A stretch of DNA of 64,000 nucleotides from a virus, in IMG/VR virus record IMGVR_UViG_3300012683_000008, positions 15,798 through 79,797 of that record. The stretch is one strand, 5' to 3'. Positions 1-9,366 of the stretch are shown piece after piece. Below the pieces are notes generated by a model that was not told the origin of the DNA, did not search any database, and was given only the letters and a program-made list of their open reading frames with translations. Numbering within the stretch: position 1 is the first letter of the stretch; each line of letters begins with the position of its first letter. The position numbers and the translations under genes were made by a program.

Positions 1-2828
1 ATGGTTTCACTTAGGGAGAAACCACCGACGGCACTGCCGTAGACAAGGACGCCGGTAAACCCATCGACCGGCACCGCATAGACAACAGCAGTAGCCCCGC
101 TTGTGCCCCCTGTGATGGTCTCCCCTGGGGTGAAAGTTCCGAACTTGAAGCTGAAGGCGATGTTCTGGCCTGAGACAGCTTCTCCGTTGAGAATGTTGAG
201 GACAGAGCCCTCATCGGTTCCAAAAGTCAGAACGCCTGTAGTGGTCAAGATCGGATGAGGGTTGTCATCCTCCAGTCTTCCCCAAGAGAACGTCGTACCA
301 CTGGCGATGTAGACCCCAGAGTTCATGGGACTGCCGCCACCAGTTGCTCCTGTGTACGGAAGGAGAATCCCAGGGATGCGACGCCAGATGTCGAAGTCCT
401 TGTCGTAGGCCTCCATGGTCCTGACGTTCAGACCGTTGTCGTCAACTCCGCCGGCCACCAAGACCATGTCCGAACCAGCGATATGAGCCTCGACGACGCT
501 GTGGTCTCTTCGCTTGTAGAGCATCGGAGAGACGAAGGCCCACTCCTGGAGGTAGTAGGGGCCATTGGAGAAGAAAGCTGCGAAAGCGTCTCCTCCTGAG
601 CTGTCGGTGATCTCTTCCGACTGAACCCAAAAGCCACCGACTACGTCAGAGACGATGAGCTCAGGGCCCCCAAAGAACCCGAACGGATTGATCTGCCGAA
701 TGATGCCCGTAGTCCCGCTCGTGAGACCGGTGAGAGTTGCCCCGACAGTGAATGGCGAAGTCTGGGCGGTGACTGGAACACGCTGGCAGGTGCGGTAGAA
801 GAGGCGCTCTGCGGTATTGGTGACGCCCGAAACCGTCTCACCACCTGCTCTCAGAAGGTCATTGACCTCGATACCTCCCACAACGTGTCCCTCGACAGCC
901 TCCTGCATAGAGGGCGTGGAGCTGTGGCTGTTGCTGAAGAAGCCATCGATGCTGCCGAAGCCCGGTGAGTAGGGGTTGTATCTCGCGACGGAGTCTGTCC
1001 TGAAGGTGCCGCCCTGAAGGCCGCCGACGATGGCTCCGTAACGATTCTCCGCATCGTTGATGGTGACATCACTGTGAACGACGGCTGCACCTTGAAGGCT
1101 GGTCGTGATGTTCGTGATTCGCTCTACTTCTTGTCCATCGATGCTGTAGATGTCCCCATCAATCGGATCGACACCAGCATTGGTGCCGCCGAAGACCATG
1201 TAGCGACTGACGTCAGAAGCCGGGTTGATGGGGCCCCATCCAATCTTGTAGCCCTGCAAGTCTTTGCGGGGCTGGCTCATCGAGGCAGCGGCGGTCCAGT
1301 TCCAAGTCGGAGCCGCAGGTGTCGCCGGTGTGTGGAAGTGAACCTCGACGAGATTGGTATCGAGGTTGAATGCTATGGGCGTCTCGCCCTGAAACGTCTC
1401 GAAGACATCCATGTCTCTTGCACGAACCACGAAGTAGTAGTCCGTGTCAGGAGTGAGGCCGAAGAGTTCGATCCCTTTGCTGCCAGCCCATGCCTGCGTA
1501 GTGACGTTCGGAGAATTGAAGTCCTGCCCGCCTGAGCTATTGGCGTAGTAGACGTAGTAGTTGAGGTCGTTGACGAAGGTCTTCGCATCCGATCCTGGAG
1601 CCCAGCTCAGGTAGACCCGTCCATCTTGGCTGCCGGCTCTGACTGAGACGAGACCTGCGAAGGTCGGCTTCCCACCGTCATCCTTCTTGAAGGTGCTCAG
1701 CAGAGAGTAGTGGCCAACATGATGAGGGACGAGGAATCCGCCGGTCTGACCACCCAACATCAAGAAGGTGTTCTTCGTGATGTGGAAGAGGCAGTCTCCA
1801 ACTGGAAGAGGCTCAGGGTAATTGAACTGCTTCTCGAACCAGGTGTTGGTCTTGATGTCGTAGTACGAATCTCTCGGAAAGAAGTTCTTCAACACCATCA
1901 CGAGAAAGCCGCCGCCAATGTCAAAGAGGAGCTGAGATCCGGGGCTCGAAGAGATGCTCTGGAATGACCCACTCATGGTCGCCAGAGGAACGAACGAATT
2001 CGTGATCAGATTGAAGCGGTCGATGTAGAGAATGAAGGAGCTGTTCGAATCGGCTGCATACGTCTCACCAGCATCGGTGGTGAGAAGCATGAAGCCCCTG
2101 TTACCGGCCTGGGGCTGATTCGCCGTAGGAGCCCACGAGTTGCCGACCGGATCATAGATCTCAGCCGTTGCGACACCTCCGGCAGTCACGAGCACACGGC
2201 CATCGGCCAGCAGAACTGCGACGCACCCAACTCGTGCGTGCGCCATAGAAGCCTTGGCGGACCATGTATTGGAGCCCTGGTTGAACATCTCAACGGTGGC
2301 GACAGGGGCAGCGAGATTGTCGACTCCGCCGATGCGAAGGACGTGGCCGCTTGCGAGAGTGACGAGCGTGTAGCCGCTGACTGCATTGCCGCCCATGTCA
2401 GGCTGGCTCGTCCAGAGAAGCGTTCCTGGGTGAAGAGTCCGAGTCTTGATTCCTGTGGATCCTCCGCAGAAGAGGATCCGTCCATCTCCGAGAGTCGCAC
2501 TGAGGATCAGGAATCCACCGTTGTTGGGGAACGCCGGAAGAGCCGTAACAGTCTCCCCGCTGGCGGAGAACACCCAAGCATCGTCAGTGGGCGCCGTAGT
2601 GTCGTCAACGACCTTGTTGCCTCCGACAACCACGGCCCTCTTGTCGAGGAACTGGCCCTGGCCCATTCCGGAGTACGAGTCGTTGAAGACGTGAGAGATG
2701 CCCCACTCCAGCTCAGGAGCCTGGCGAATCCTGGCGAATGATTTGTTCGTCTCTCGAAGAAAGTTGGAGACGCCCCTCGTCAGAGGGCGAAACGCCTTGT
2801 TCCTGAGAAGAGTCTGAGCACGACGCAT
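1..2828 (-). CDS. Kelch-repeat + fibronectin type III protein, putative tail fibre/receptor-binding protein (3' end beyond window, at least 942 aa; absent from ORF track)
   Basis: Manual translation from ATG 2828 (just after the TAA of the 512-aa gene) is open to base 1. Kelch blades (LLADGRVLVTAGG..TAEIYDPVGNSW; GHVLRIGG..TVEMFNQGSNTWS; MVLVAGGVDD..TMEAYDKDFDIW), an FN3 unit (VYLSWAPG..YYVYY..GLTPDTDYYFVVRARD) and repeats FTVGATLTGLTSGTTG / FTPGETITGGTSGATA. Confidence 0.8.
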   Translation of the reverse strand, partial: MRRAQTLLRNKAFRPLTRGVSNFLRETNKSFARIRQAPELEWGISHVFNDSYSGMGQGQFLDKRAVVVGGNKVVDDTTAPTDDAWVFSASGETVTALPAFPNNGGFLILSATLGDGRILFCGGSTGIKTRTLHPGTLLWTSQPDMGGNAVSGYTLVTLASGHVLRIGGVDNLAAPVATVEMFNQGSNTWSAKASMAHARVGCVAVLLADGRVLVTAGGVATAEIYDPVGNSWAPTANQPQAGNRGFMLLTTDAGETYAADSNSSFILYIDRFNLITNSFVPLATMSGSFQSISSSPGSQLLFDIGGGFLVMVLKNFFPRDSYYDIKTNTWFEKQFNYPEPLPVGDCLFHITKNTFLMLGGQTGGFLVPHHVGHYSLLSTFKKDDGGKPTFAGLVSVRAGSQDGRVYLSWAPGSDAKTFVNDLNYYVYYANSSGGQDFNSPNVTTQAWAGSKGIELFGLTPDTDYYFVVRARDMDVFETFQGETPIAFNLDTNLVEVHFHTPATPAAPTWNWTAAASMSQPRKDLQGYKIGWGPINPASDVSRYMVFGGTNAGVDPIDGDIYSIDGQEVERITNITTSLQGAAVVHSDVTINDAENRYGAIVGGLQGGTFRTDSVARYNPYSPGFGSIDGFFSNSHSSTPSMQEAVEGHVVGGIEVNDLLRAGGETVSGVTNTAERLFYRTCQRVPVTAQTSPFTVGATLTGLTSGTTGIIRQINPFGFFGGPELIVSDVVGGFWVQSEEITDSSGGDAFAAFFSNGPYYLQEWAFVSPMLYKRRDHSVVEAHIAGSDMVLVAGGVDDNGLNVRTMEAYDKDFDIWRRIPGILLPYTGATGGGSPMNSGVYIASGTTFSWGRLEDDNPHPILTTTGVLTFGTDEGSVLNILNGEAVSGQNIAFSFKFGTFTPGETITGGTSGATAVVYAVPVDGFTGVLVYGSAVGGFSLSET

Positions 2829-2837
2829 CCGATCACC

Positions 2838-4376
2838 TTAGCGCCGTTGCGGAATTGGCTGAGTAACACCGCTCTTGAATCCAGGGGTGATGGCGGTGTG
2901 CTCTTGGGCTGCGAAGTTCGCACCCGTTCGAGCAGGGGCATGCAGTCCAGGAGTGGCGGACTTGTAGGCTTTCTGCATCGAAGGGAGGGCGGCCTTGGCT
3001 CCAGCTCCAAGAGCTCCACCCACCATCGCTCCACCGGCAGCTCCACGTGCCATTGCTCCGATGCGGCTCTTCGGCTGTCCGGTTGCTGGGTCACGCCCAG
3101 GAGCCACGAGTCCCTTCGCAGCTCCGAGAGCAGCGCCACCAGCGGCTCCCATGCCTGCGGCCTGACCCATCGTCTTGCCACCCAGAGCCTTGGTGGCCAT
3201 GGGAGCGGCCTTCGCCATGGCGTTCTGCATCATCGGCTTGGCAGCTCCCATTGCCTTCTGAGCGATCGGCTTCATCTGTCCGACGAAGTTCTTCGCCATC
3301 GAGCCGATGCCGGCCATACCGGTACCGAGAGCAGCCCTCTTCTCCATCGCTGCTGCGAGCTTCTGGACGCTCACTGAAGAGGTCTTGCCGATCGAGCCGA
3401 AGAGAGCACCAGTTGCTGCACCACCAGCAGCTCCTGAGAGCCCACGGCGCATCATCGTCTTCATGCGCTGCTTCTCTCCAGTGACTGGATCTTCTTTCGG
3501 ATCGAGGAAGCCAGAGACGGCACCACCGGCACCACCGGTCGCAGCACCGATCGCAGTGCCTCTGAGGATGGGGTCCTGAATCTTGCTGATGCCGGAGCCG
3601 ACTGCCTTCACAGCTCCATGAGCCTTCGAGCCGACAGCCTTGGCTGCGGCCCCGATCGGTCCCTTGACTCGATCGTAGGCACGCATGACCCGACCTGGGA
3701 TCTTCGAGGCCTCGTTCACCTGGTGGAAGCTGGTCGCTTCCTTCTTCTTCTCGATCTTGCCGTACGTGCCGAGGAAACCAGGCTTCGCTCCCTTCTCCTC
3801 TGAAAGAGGCGTGAGCTCTCCGCCCATCGGGTTCCAGGCGTTCTTGCCCTCACGGTGCTTCTTCTCGACGTAAGAGTAGTGACGAGCTGCTCCTCGTGGG
3901 TCTCCCTCACCGAACATGAAGCGAAGAACCCTGAGAATCTTTGCTGGATTCTTTCCGGTCTTGGAATCGATGTGGCCGAGGGCGTTGTGCTCTTGAAGGT
4001 GAGCCGCACGGTTGGTGAAATACTCCTTCCGATGCTTGGCTCTCTCAGCATCGAAGGCATGTCCTTCTGGAGTCACTGCAAGAGCCTGCTTCTCCATCCG
4101 AGCGATCTCACGGCCCCAGGCTTCTGCCTTCTTCAGCAGCTCCTGCGGAGACGGCTTCTCGTTCTTCTCCATGTCCCTCTTGATGAGAGACGAAGCAGCC
4201 TCGTTGGTCTCCAGCTCTGAGGAGGATCTCTTGTGCAGTTTCTGGGCAGCGTTGTCATCGGGGAAGGACCAAGCCTGCTTCAAGAGCCCTTCGAGCTCCT
4301 CGACGGACATTGAGCGGAGAGGAGTGATCTCCTCATCCTCACTCAGGGTCCACGCCAGCTTCATCTCGGGCTTCAT
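2838..4376 (-). CDS. Putative virion protein, Gly/Ala-rich with two glycine-zipper modules
   Basis: 512-aa ORF with GGAG RBS; duplicated GAxxGGAxGA...DPxTG..K.R.....RGxxGAxxGA modules; many K-x-A motifs. Confidence 0.7.
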   Translation of the reverse strand: MKPEMKLAWTLSEDEEITPLRSMSVEELEGLLKQAWSFPDDNAAQKLHKRSSSELETNEAASSLIKRDMEKNEKPSPQELLKKAEAWGREIARMEKQALAVTPEGHAFDAERAKHRKEYFTNRAAHLQEHNALGHIDSKTGKNPAKILRVLRFMFGEGDPRGAARHYSYVEKKHREGKNAWNPMGGELTPLSEEKGAKPGFLGTYGKIEKKKEATSFHQVNEASKIPGRVMRAYDRVKGPIGAAAKAVGSKAHGAVKAVGSGISKIQDPILRGTAIGAATGGAGGAVSGFLDPKEDPVTGEKQRMKTMMRRGLSGAAGGAATGALFGSIGKTSSVSVQKLAAAMEKRAALGTGMAGIGSMAKNFVGQMKPIAQKAMGAAKPMMQNAMAKAAPMATKALGGKTMGQAAGMGAAGGAALGAAKGLVAPGRDPATGQPKSRIGAMARGAAGGAMVGGALGAGAKAALPSMQKAYKSATPGLHAPARTGANFAAQEHTAITPGFKSGVTQPIPQRR

Positions 4377-4385
4377 GAACTCTCC

Positions 4386-4859
4386 TTAACCAACGAACCT
4401 GCGAGCCAGGGCACCAGCGGCGTAGCCTGCGGCGCCTCCAAGGGGAGCAGCCAGCAGAGCTCCACGAACCGGGTGCTTCTCTGAGATGCGAGCGATGTCG
4501 ACTGAGGACTTCGCACGAGCATGGCCCATCTGCTGATCGAACGATGGGGTCTGAGTCTCTCCCATCTCCTTCTCTCGACCGGCCAGGCTCTTCTCGGCCA
4601 CCTCACGCTGCTTCGAAGGCTTGCCGTCCTTGGACTTGTTCGCCAGGTACTGAAGACCCGTGGCAGTGGCCATGCCGATGGCGGCTCCGAGAAGAGGAGC
4701 CTTCCTGCCGGCGACGAACTCTCCGACCTCTCGGACTCCCTTGGCTGCGAGGTCCTTCACGCCGGCGGCGGACTTCCTGAGCTCAGAGAAGTACTCTGAG
4801 GCCTCCTTGGCGAAGGTCCCATCTGTCTTCAGAGCTGACAGGAAGTCTCTCTCGTCCAT
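4386..4859 (-). CDS. Small putative virion protein with hydrophobic glycine-zipper helices
   Basis: 157 aa; LLGAAIGMATATGL and GALLAAPLGGAAGYAAGALA; KEAS/KSAA motifs. Confidence 0.7.
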   Translation of the reverse strand: MDERDFLSALKTDGTFAKEASEYFSELRKSAAGVKDLAAKGVREVGEFVAGRKAPLLGAAIGMATATGLQYLANKSKDGKPSKQREVAEKSLAGREKEMGETQTPSFDQQMGHARAKSSVDIARISEKHPVRGALLAAPLGGAAGYAAGALARRFVG

Positions 4860-4898
4860 GGCACCAGGGTACGACGGTCGAACGGGTGTGGGAACTGC

Positions 4899-5042
4899 TC
4901 AGGTGTAGAACAGGACGTACTTGCCGCTGGACGTGTCGAAGACGATCGAGACGACGGTGGTGACGTTGTTCGGGGCTGAGGCAGCGTACGCTGCGGCCTC
5001 TGAAGCGTTGGCAAATGCTTTCTGCTTGAGTGCGACGGCCAT
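4899..5042 (-). CDS. Small hypothetical protein (47 aa, MAVALKQKAF...SGKYVLFYT)
   Basis: Below the ORF-track cutoff; AAGGAG RBS upstream; fills the gap between co-oriented genes. Confidence 0.65.
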   Translation of the reverse strand: MAVALKQKAFANASEAAAYAASAPNNVTTVVSIVFDTSSGKYVLFYT

Positions 5043-5051
5043 GATCTCTCC

Positions 5052-5663
5052 TTACGCAGGGGTTCTCTTGAACAGCTTCATCGGATTCGCTTTGGAGAGA
5101 GCGGACCCTACACTCTTTCCGACACTCTTCGCAGCGTTCCCGACTCCCTGAGCTGCCCTTCCTGCCACGCCCTTCAGGTCTTTGCCAACCTGGCTGACTG
5201 GAGTGAACCCGTAGTCGACCACCTTGCGCAGGCCCTTGGACTCCAGAGGAATGCCCTTGGCGAACTCGGCAGCGTGGGCCAGCTCGGGGATGTGCTTCGC
5301 CGCAGAGAGGTGTTGTCCAAGCTGCTGAAGACCTCCCATGCCCTTCGCCGCCCCAGCGGCTCTGTGCGCCGTCTCGTAGAGGTTGGTCAGCTTGGGATCA
5401 ACGCCGATGGCCATTGCATGACGCAGAGGAGCTGAGAGCATCGGCTTCCCCTGCATGGCTGTACGAGCTCCGACGCCGGCCACCTCTTGAGCGAGCCGAC
5501 GAAGCGGAGGAAGGTGGTGACCGAACCTGTTGAGAGCGTTCGTTGCCATGATCTTCCCGCCTGCGACCATGCCGGCCATGGCCATGGGATCGATCGCCGC
5601 CTGCTTCTTGTGAGCGATCTTCTCGACCTCGTCGAGGAATGCCTTGTACGTGGCGGGATGCAT
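5052..5663 (-). CDS. Putative internal head protein with FLDEVEKIA leader
   Basis: ATG overlaps upstream stop (TAATG); AFLDEVEKIA then Gly/Ala/Lys-rich amphipathic sequence. Confidence 0.7.
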   Translation of the reverse strand: MHPATYKAFLDEVEKIAHKKQAAIDPMAMAGMVAGGKIMATNALNRFGHHLPPLRRLAQEVAGVGARTAMQGKPMLSAPLRHAMAIGVDPKLTNLYETAHRAAGAAKGMGGLQQLGQHLSAAKHIPELAHAAEFAKGIPLESKGLRKVVDYGFTPVSQVGKDLKGVAGRAAQGVGNAAKSVGKSVGSALSKANPMKLFKRTPA

Positions 5664-6151
5664 TACCACTCACCGTAGAAGTTGTTCACGAAACGGTACT
5701 CCGAGAAGATGCCTCCACCCCAGGCGTTCTCGATGTTGATGGCGACCTTGATGCGCTGCTTCTTCTCTTCGTACGAGTTCTTGAAGAGCTGGATCCAGGA
5801 CTGAATGAAAGGCGTCTTGTCGCTGACGCCGACCTGGATGCCACCGTCGCTGAACTGGAGATGGTTCCGAGTCTGGAGGATGCCCACGGACTCGTAGAGC
5901 GAGATGACGGTCCCTCGAAGCAGGAGACTCGCCGAGGGGAAGTTGACGATACCGTAGTTCGTGAAGTGCGGAGTCGTGTTGAAGTCGTCGATGGCGTCGG
6001 CGATGGCCCAGACGATCTGCCGGTTGGAGCTCTCGAAGCCGGCGATAAGCCGGTTGAGCTCAGGGTAATCCCGAGTGAAAGTCCGCACCGTCTGGATGAA
6101 CCTGTTCAGTTCCAGACTTGCATTCGGGATTCCTGGGCCAAACTCGTCCAC
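5663..6151 (-). CDS. Putative head-tail connector/neck protein
   Basis: 162 aa, helical (AIADAIDDFNTTP...LLRGTV...RNHLQFSDGGIQV), downstream of capsid gene; inferred from position and pattern. Confidence 0.5.
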   Translation of the reverse strand: MDEFGPGIPNASLELNRFIQTVRTFTRDYPELNRLIAGFESSNRQIVWAIADAIDDFNTTPHFTNYGIVNFPSASLLLRGTVISLYESVGILQTRNHLQFSDGGIQVGVSDKTPFIQSWIQLFKNSYEEKKQRIKVAINIENAWGGGIFSEYRFVNNFYGEW

Positions 6152-6163
6152 GCCGCACCCCTG

Positions 6164-6496
6164 TTACTTCTTCTTCTTGGAATCGTCCTTCGACTCGGGC
6201 CTGGCCTCGGCCGGAATCTTGACCTCGACCTTCACCGTCTCTTCGAGCTTGACGACGTCGGAGGCCTTCTTGGCCGGCACTTCCTTCATCGCCAGCTCGT
6301 CGGGCGTCGGCTCGGGAACAGGCTCAGGCTTCGACCACCCCTTCGGGAGAGATCCGAAGGCGAGAATGCCTGCGTCCTGTAGGGCGAGGTCACGATCCGG
6401 AACGTGCTTCAGGTCGGCGTGCTCGCTCATCCCGTACCCCGGCATCGTCCGGCCACGGTAGTCCACGTGCTTGTCGGTCAGGTTGAAGACTTTCAC
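6164..6496 (-). CDS. Hypothetical protein
   Basis: 110-aa ORF coupled to neighbour (GTGA overlap). Confidence 0.65.
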   Translation of the reverse strand: MKVFNLTDKHVDYRGRTMPGYGMSEHADLKHVPDRDLALQDAGILAFGSLPKGWSKPEPVPEPTPDELAMKEVPAKKASDVVKLEETVKVEVKIPAEARPESKDDSKKKK

Positions 6497-7086
6497 TTGG
6501 AGGCTCCCTTCTTCTTCGAGCTGGACTTGGACTCGGCCTTCGGCGCCGAGGGAGGAGGTGCAGGAATCTCCTCTTCCTTCTTCTCTTCGACGACCGGAGT
6601 CGGCTCAGGAGCTGGAGGAGGTGGCTCTTCCGCCGGTGGGGTTGGAGCAGGAGGCTCCGACGGTGGGTGAGGCGGGATGATGACTTCAGGCGGCGCAGGA
6701 GGAGCGGCGACTACTTCTGGAGCCACCACCTCCCCCTGCGTCGCTGGAGCGTCCCCGGCTCCTGGATCGTGGACCATTGGCAGACCACAGACTGGGCACT
6801 TGTACTCGCCGCCCTGCCCACGTGGAACCTGCCCACACTTCGAACACGGAACTGGTGCTGCCATGGCTTCCTCCTTCGGTCGATCGATCTTGATTGCGCC
6901 TGCCTTCTCCAGTTCGAGCAGTTGGCGTTCGTTCGCTTTGTAGTCCACATCTGCGAGCCGCATCGGCTTGCTACCACGACGTAGCACTCGCCCGAGAACA
7001 ACGGGCTCCTCTGCGAAGCGAGCAGAGGTCTTCTGCGCAGTAGAAAGCTGCTTCCCCTCTTGAAACCCCCTGGTGATGACGTACAT
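6493..7086 (-). CDS. Hypothetical protein with zinc ribbon and Pro/Glu-rich tail
   Basis: CSKC...CPVC; AAAGGA RBS. Confidence 0.7.
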   Translation of the reverse strand: MYVITRGFQEGKQLSTAQKTSARFAEEPVVLGRVLRRGSKPMRLADVDYKANERQLLELEKAGAIKIDRPKEEAMAAPVPCSKCGQVPRGQGGEYKCPVCGLPMVHDPGAGDAPATQGEVVAPEVVAAPPAPPEVIIPPHPPSEPPAPTPPAEEPPPPAPEPTPVVEEKKEEEIPAPPPSAPKAESKSSSKKKGASK

Positions 7087-7153
7087 CGACAGGTCCTTTC
7101 AGTTATTGCTGCTTGAAGGTCCAAGCTACTCCATCTTGGGCCCACAAACAGCA

Positions 7154-7185
7154 AGAGGAAGGAAGGAACATCCCTTCCTTCCTCT
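7154..7185 (-). terminator. Intrinsic terminator after major capsid gene
   Basis: 13-bp perfect stem AGAGGAAGGAAGG/CCTTCCTTCCTCT, 6-nt loop, then TGCTGTTTGT on minus strand. Confidence 0.7.
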
Positions 7186-7224
7186 CGGACTCAGCCAGTT
7201 ACGGCCAAGAGTCGATGGACTCGC

Positions 7225-8346
7225 TTAGAACTGGTCGACCTGGGGGTAGGTCAGGCCAGCGTCGGCACGGTTGTTCACCGTGGACAGGTTCTCCTCGGAG
7301 ACCGGCAGGGCGGCTGCGAAGCCGGTGTCGGTTGCGCCGGGGGTGACCGAGCCCGAGTAGAGCTCCAGCTTGACGACGGCGGCGATGTTGCCGAAGCCCA
7401 TGCCGATGTCTTCCCAGCTCATCCAGGTGATCAGGTTCGCGATCTTGTCGATGTAGAACTTGGTCTGGTTGAGGATGTAGAACCGGCCGAAGAACTCCGG
7501 CGCCGTGAAGCAGTAGATGTTGCCTTCACGGAGGAGGTCCGTCTTGATGGTCCGGATGATCTTCAGTCCGGTCACCGTGTTGGACTTCCAGCCCTCGGTT
7601 GCCGTCTCGCCGGCGATCGTCATGCCGACGTCCTGGATGGTCCAGGCCGAGATGTCGTCGTAGTCCGGCTCCGTGATGAGAACCCGCTCCGCACGCAGCT
7701 TCTTGCGGTGGAGCAGCTTCTTCAGCTTGATGAAGTCCGGCTTCAGCACCGGGTTGATCGTGAAGTTGTCCGTCGCCTGCGACAGAGCACCCTCACCCTT
7801 CACCACCGCCGAGCCGATGACCGTGGCGGCGAGCACCGCCGAGGTCCGGAAGCCCGTGGCCGAGCCGTTCACGTCGAGCTGCACCGCCTGGATGCAGGCT
7901 TCGACGTACAGCAGGAACTGCCGGTCTTCGATCTCCTGGATGTCCTTCACCGAGTTCTCTTCGATGATCTTGGTGATGGGCATCTCGTACGCCAGGAGCT
8001 CCTGCTCGTACTTCTCGAACTTCTCGCTCGCGATCGTGAAGAACGGGATCTCGTAGCGGGCCGCCCTGATGAGGCGAGCCGTGGGCTGGCCACGGAAGGT
8101 CAGCGCCATCGCCCGTGAGTTGGGCTCGATGTCGACGATCTTCACCAGCGTGTCGTGGTTGACCGACCGCTGGAGTTCGGTGCGCTGCACGTTCGTGGGA
8201 GGAACGATCTTTCTGGCGAAGCTGACTTCACGCAGACGGTCGCGGATGTACGACCCGCCGAACTCTGCGATCTTGTCCTTGCCCGCTGAGGATCCGATCT
8301 TCTCGAAGAACATCTCGTTGAGGACCTTTGCTGGGACTGCGCTCAT
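7225..8346 (-). CDS. Major capsid protein (HK97 fold)
   Basis: 373 aa, strongly biased codons, AGGAG RBS, own terminator; IRDRLRE.SFARKIVP and IEENSVKDIQEIEDRQFL spine-helix-like segment; downstream of protease and scaffold-like genes. Confidence 0.8.
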   Translation of the reverse strand: MSAVPAKVLNEMFFEKIGSSAGKDKIAEFGGSYIRDRLREVSFARKIVPPTNVQRTELQRSVNHDTLVKIVDIEPNSRAMALTFRGQPTARLIRAARYEIPFFTIASEKFEKYEQELLAYEMPITKIIEENSVKDIQEIEDRQFLLYVEACIQAVQLDVNGSATGFRTSAVLAATVIGSAVVKGEGALSQATDNFTINPVLKPDFIKLKKLLHRKKLRAERVLITEPDYDDISAWTIQDVGMTIAGETATEGWKSNTVTGLKIIRTIKTDLLREGNIYCFTAPEFFGRFYILNQTKFYIDKIANLITWMSWEDIGMGFGNIAAVVKLELYSGSVTPGATDTGFAAALPVSEENLSTVNNRADAGLTYPQVDQF

Positions 8347-8421
8347 GGTCTGTCTCCTGTTTCTTTCTTTGGGTGGACGAGGGTATCTACGTCCAAGTTG
8401 GTGTTTGTTGGACTTCCTCGC

Positions 8422-8889
8422 TCACATCTTCTGGTTGCCGAAGTGCACGAAGCGGACGAATCCGCCGTCGAGCAGCTTGCTCACGTACCCGACCCGAACA
8501 CGGCCGGCGCCGGCGGCGTCCTTCTTCACGCCACGGCGGGTCAGCGACTGGTAGGTGACGTCCTGAACCGTCAGGGAGTCGCCCAGGGCCAGAGCGGTGG
8601 TGTCGATCACCTTCGTCTGGGCCTCGTACATGCCCAGCATCAGCGTGCTGACCTTGCCGATGGCCTGCGTGTCGTAGCGACCACGCTCGGTGAAGACCGG
8701 GAACACGTTCGGATCGGTGCCCTCACCCGTGCCACGAGCGAGGTTGTAGTTGGTGTCGATGACGAGCCACTCGCCGTCGATCACTGGGTTGGCGTTGAAC
8801 GGGTTCACCAGAGTCTGGTCCGCCAGGTAGAAGTCCCGGCGAGTCAGGGTCTGAATCTCGGTGACCAGTTGAAAGTTTGGTCCAGGCAT
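8422..8889 (-). CDS. Putative capsid decoration/cement protein
   Basis: 155 aa, beta-rich, immediately upstream of MCP, AAGGAG RBS, similar codon bias. Confidence 0.55.
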   Translation of the reverse strand: MPGPNFQLVTEIQTLTRRDFYLADQTLVNPFNANPVIDGEWLVIDTNYNLARGTGEGTDPNVFPVFTERGRYDTQAIGKVSTLMLGMYEAQTKVIDTTALALGDSLTVQDVTYQSLTRRGVKKDAAGAGRVRVGYVSKLLDGGFVRFVHFGNQKM

Positions 8890-8943
8890 CTTGTTACTCC
8901 TTCAAAGTGTGTTGGTGTGAAGTTCAAACAGCGGTGGGAGGCC

Positions 8944-9339
8944 TCACTCGATCGTGGAGAGATTGGCGGCGAAAGCATCGGCAGCGTTGTCTCCATCGCT
9001 GTCGCTTCCTTCGACCGTCACGTGGCCGCCTTCAGCCACCGAGGCGAGCTTCATCTGGGGGGCGGAGAGGTTGACTGCCTCTTCGAGGACCTCCAGCTTC
9101 TCGTGCTGACGAAGGCTGGCGACCTTTTCCTCCAGGCTGAGCTCGGGGTTCAGACCCTTGGACTCCATCGCCTTGGCGACCTTCTCGATGCGCTTGTCAC
9201 GCTCGAAGCCGGCGACCTTGGTCTGGAGCTCCTCGTTCTTCGCCTTGACCGTCTTGTTCTCCTCCGAGAGCGCCCGGAGGTTCTCGGCGGCCACTTTCAT
9301 CATCTGGCCCGCCTGTGCTGCACTGACTTTGTTCATCAT
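8944..9339 (-). CDS. Putative scaffolding protein
   Basis: 131-aa coiled coil with acidic C-terminus ending ADAFAANL; position before decoration/MCP genes. Confidence 0.5.
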   Translation of the reverse strand: MMNKVSAAQAGQMMKVAAENLRALSEENKTVKAKNEELQTKVAGFERDKRIEKVAKAMESKGLNPELSLEEKVASLRQHEKLEVLEEAVNLSAPQMKLASVAEGGHVTVEGSDSDGDNAADAFAANLSTIE

Positions 9340-9366
9340 GGGCGTTTCTCCTTGGACTTTGGCCTC

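Noticed and set aside
7225-8346. Encapsulin nanocompartment instead of a phage capsid
   Set aside because: Portal, terminase, protease and spike genes are all present in the same window
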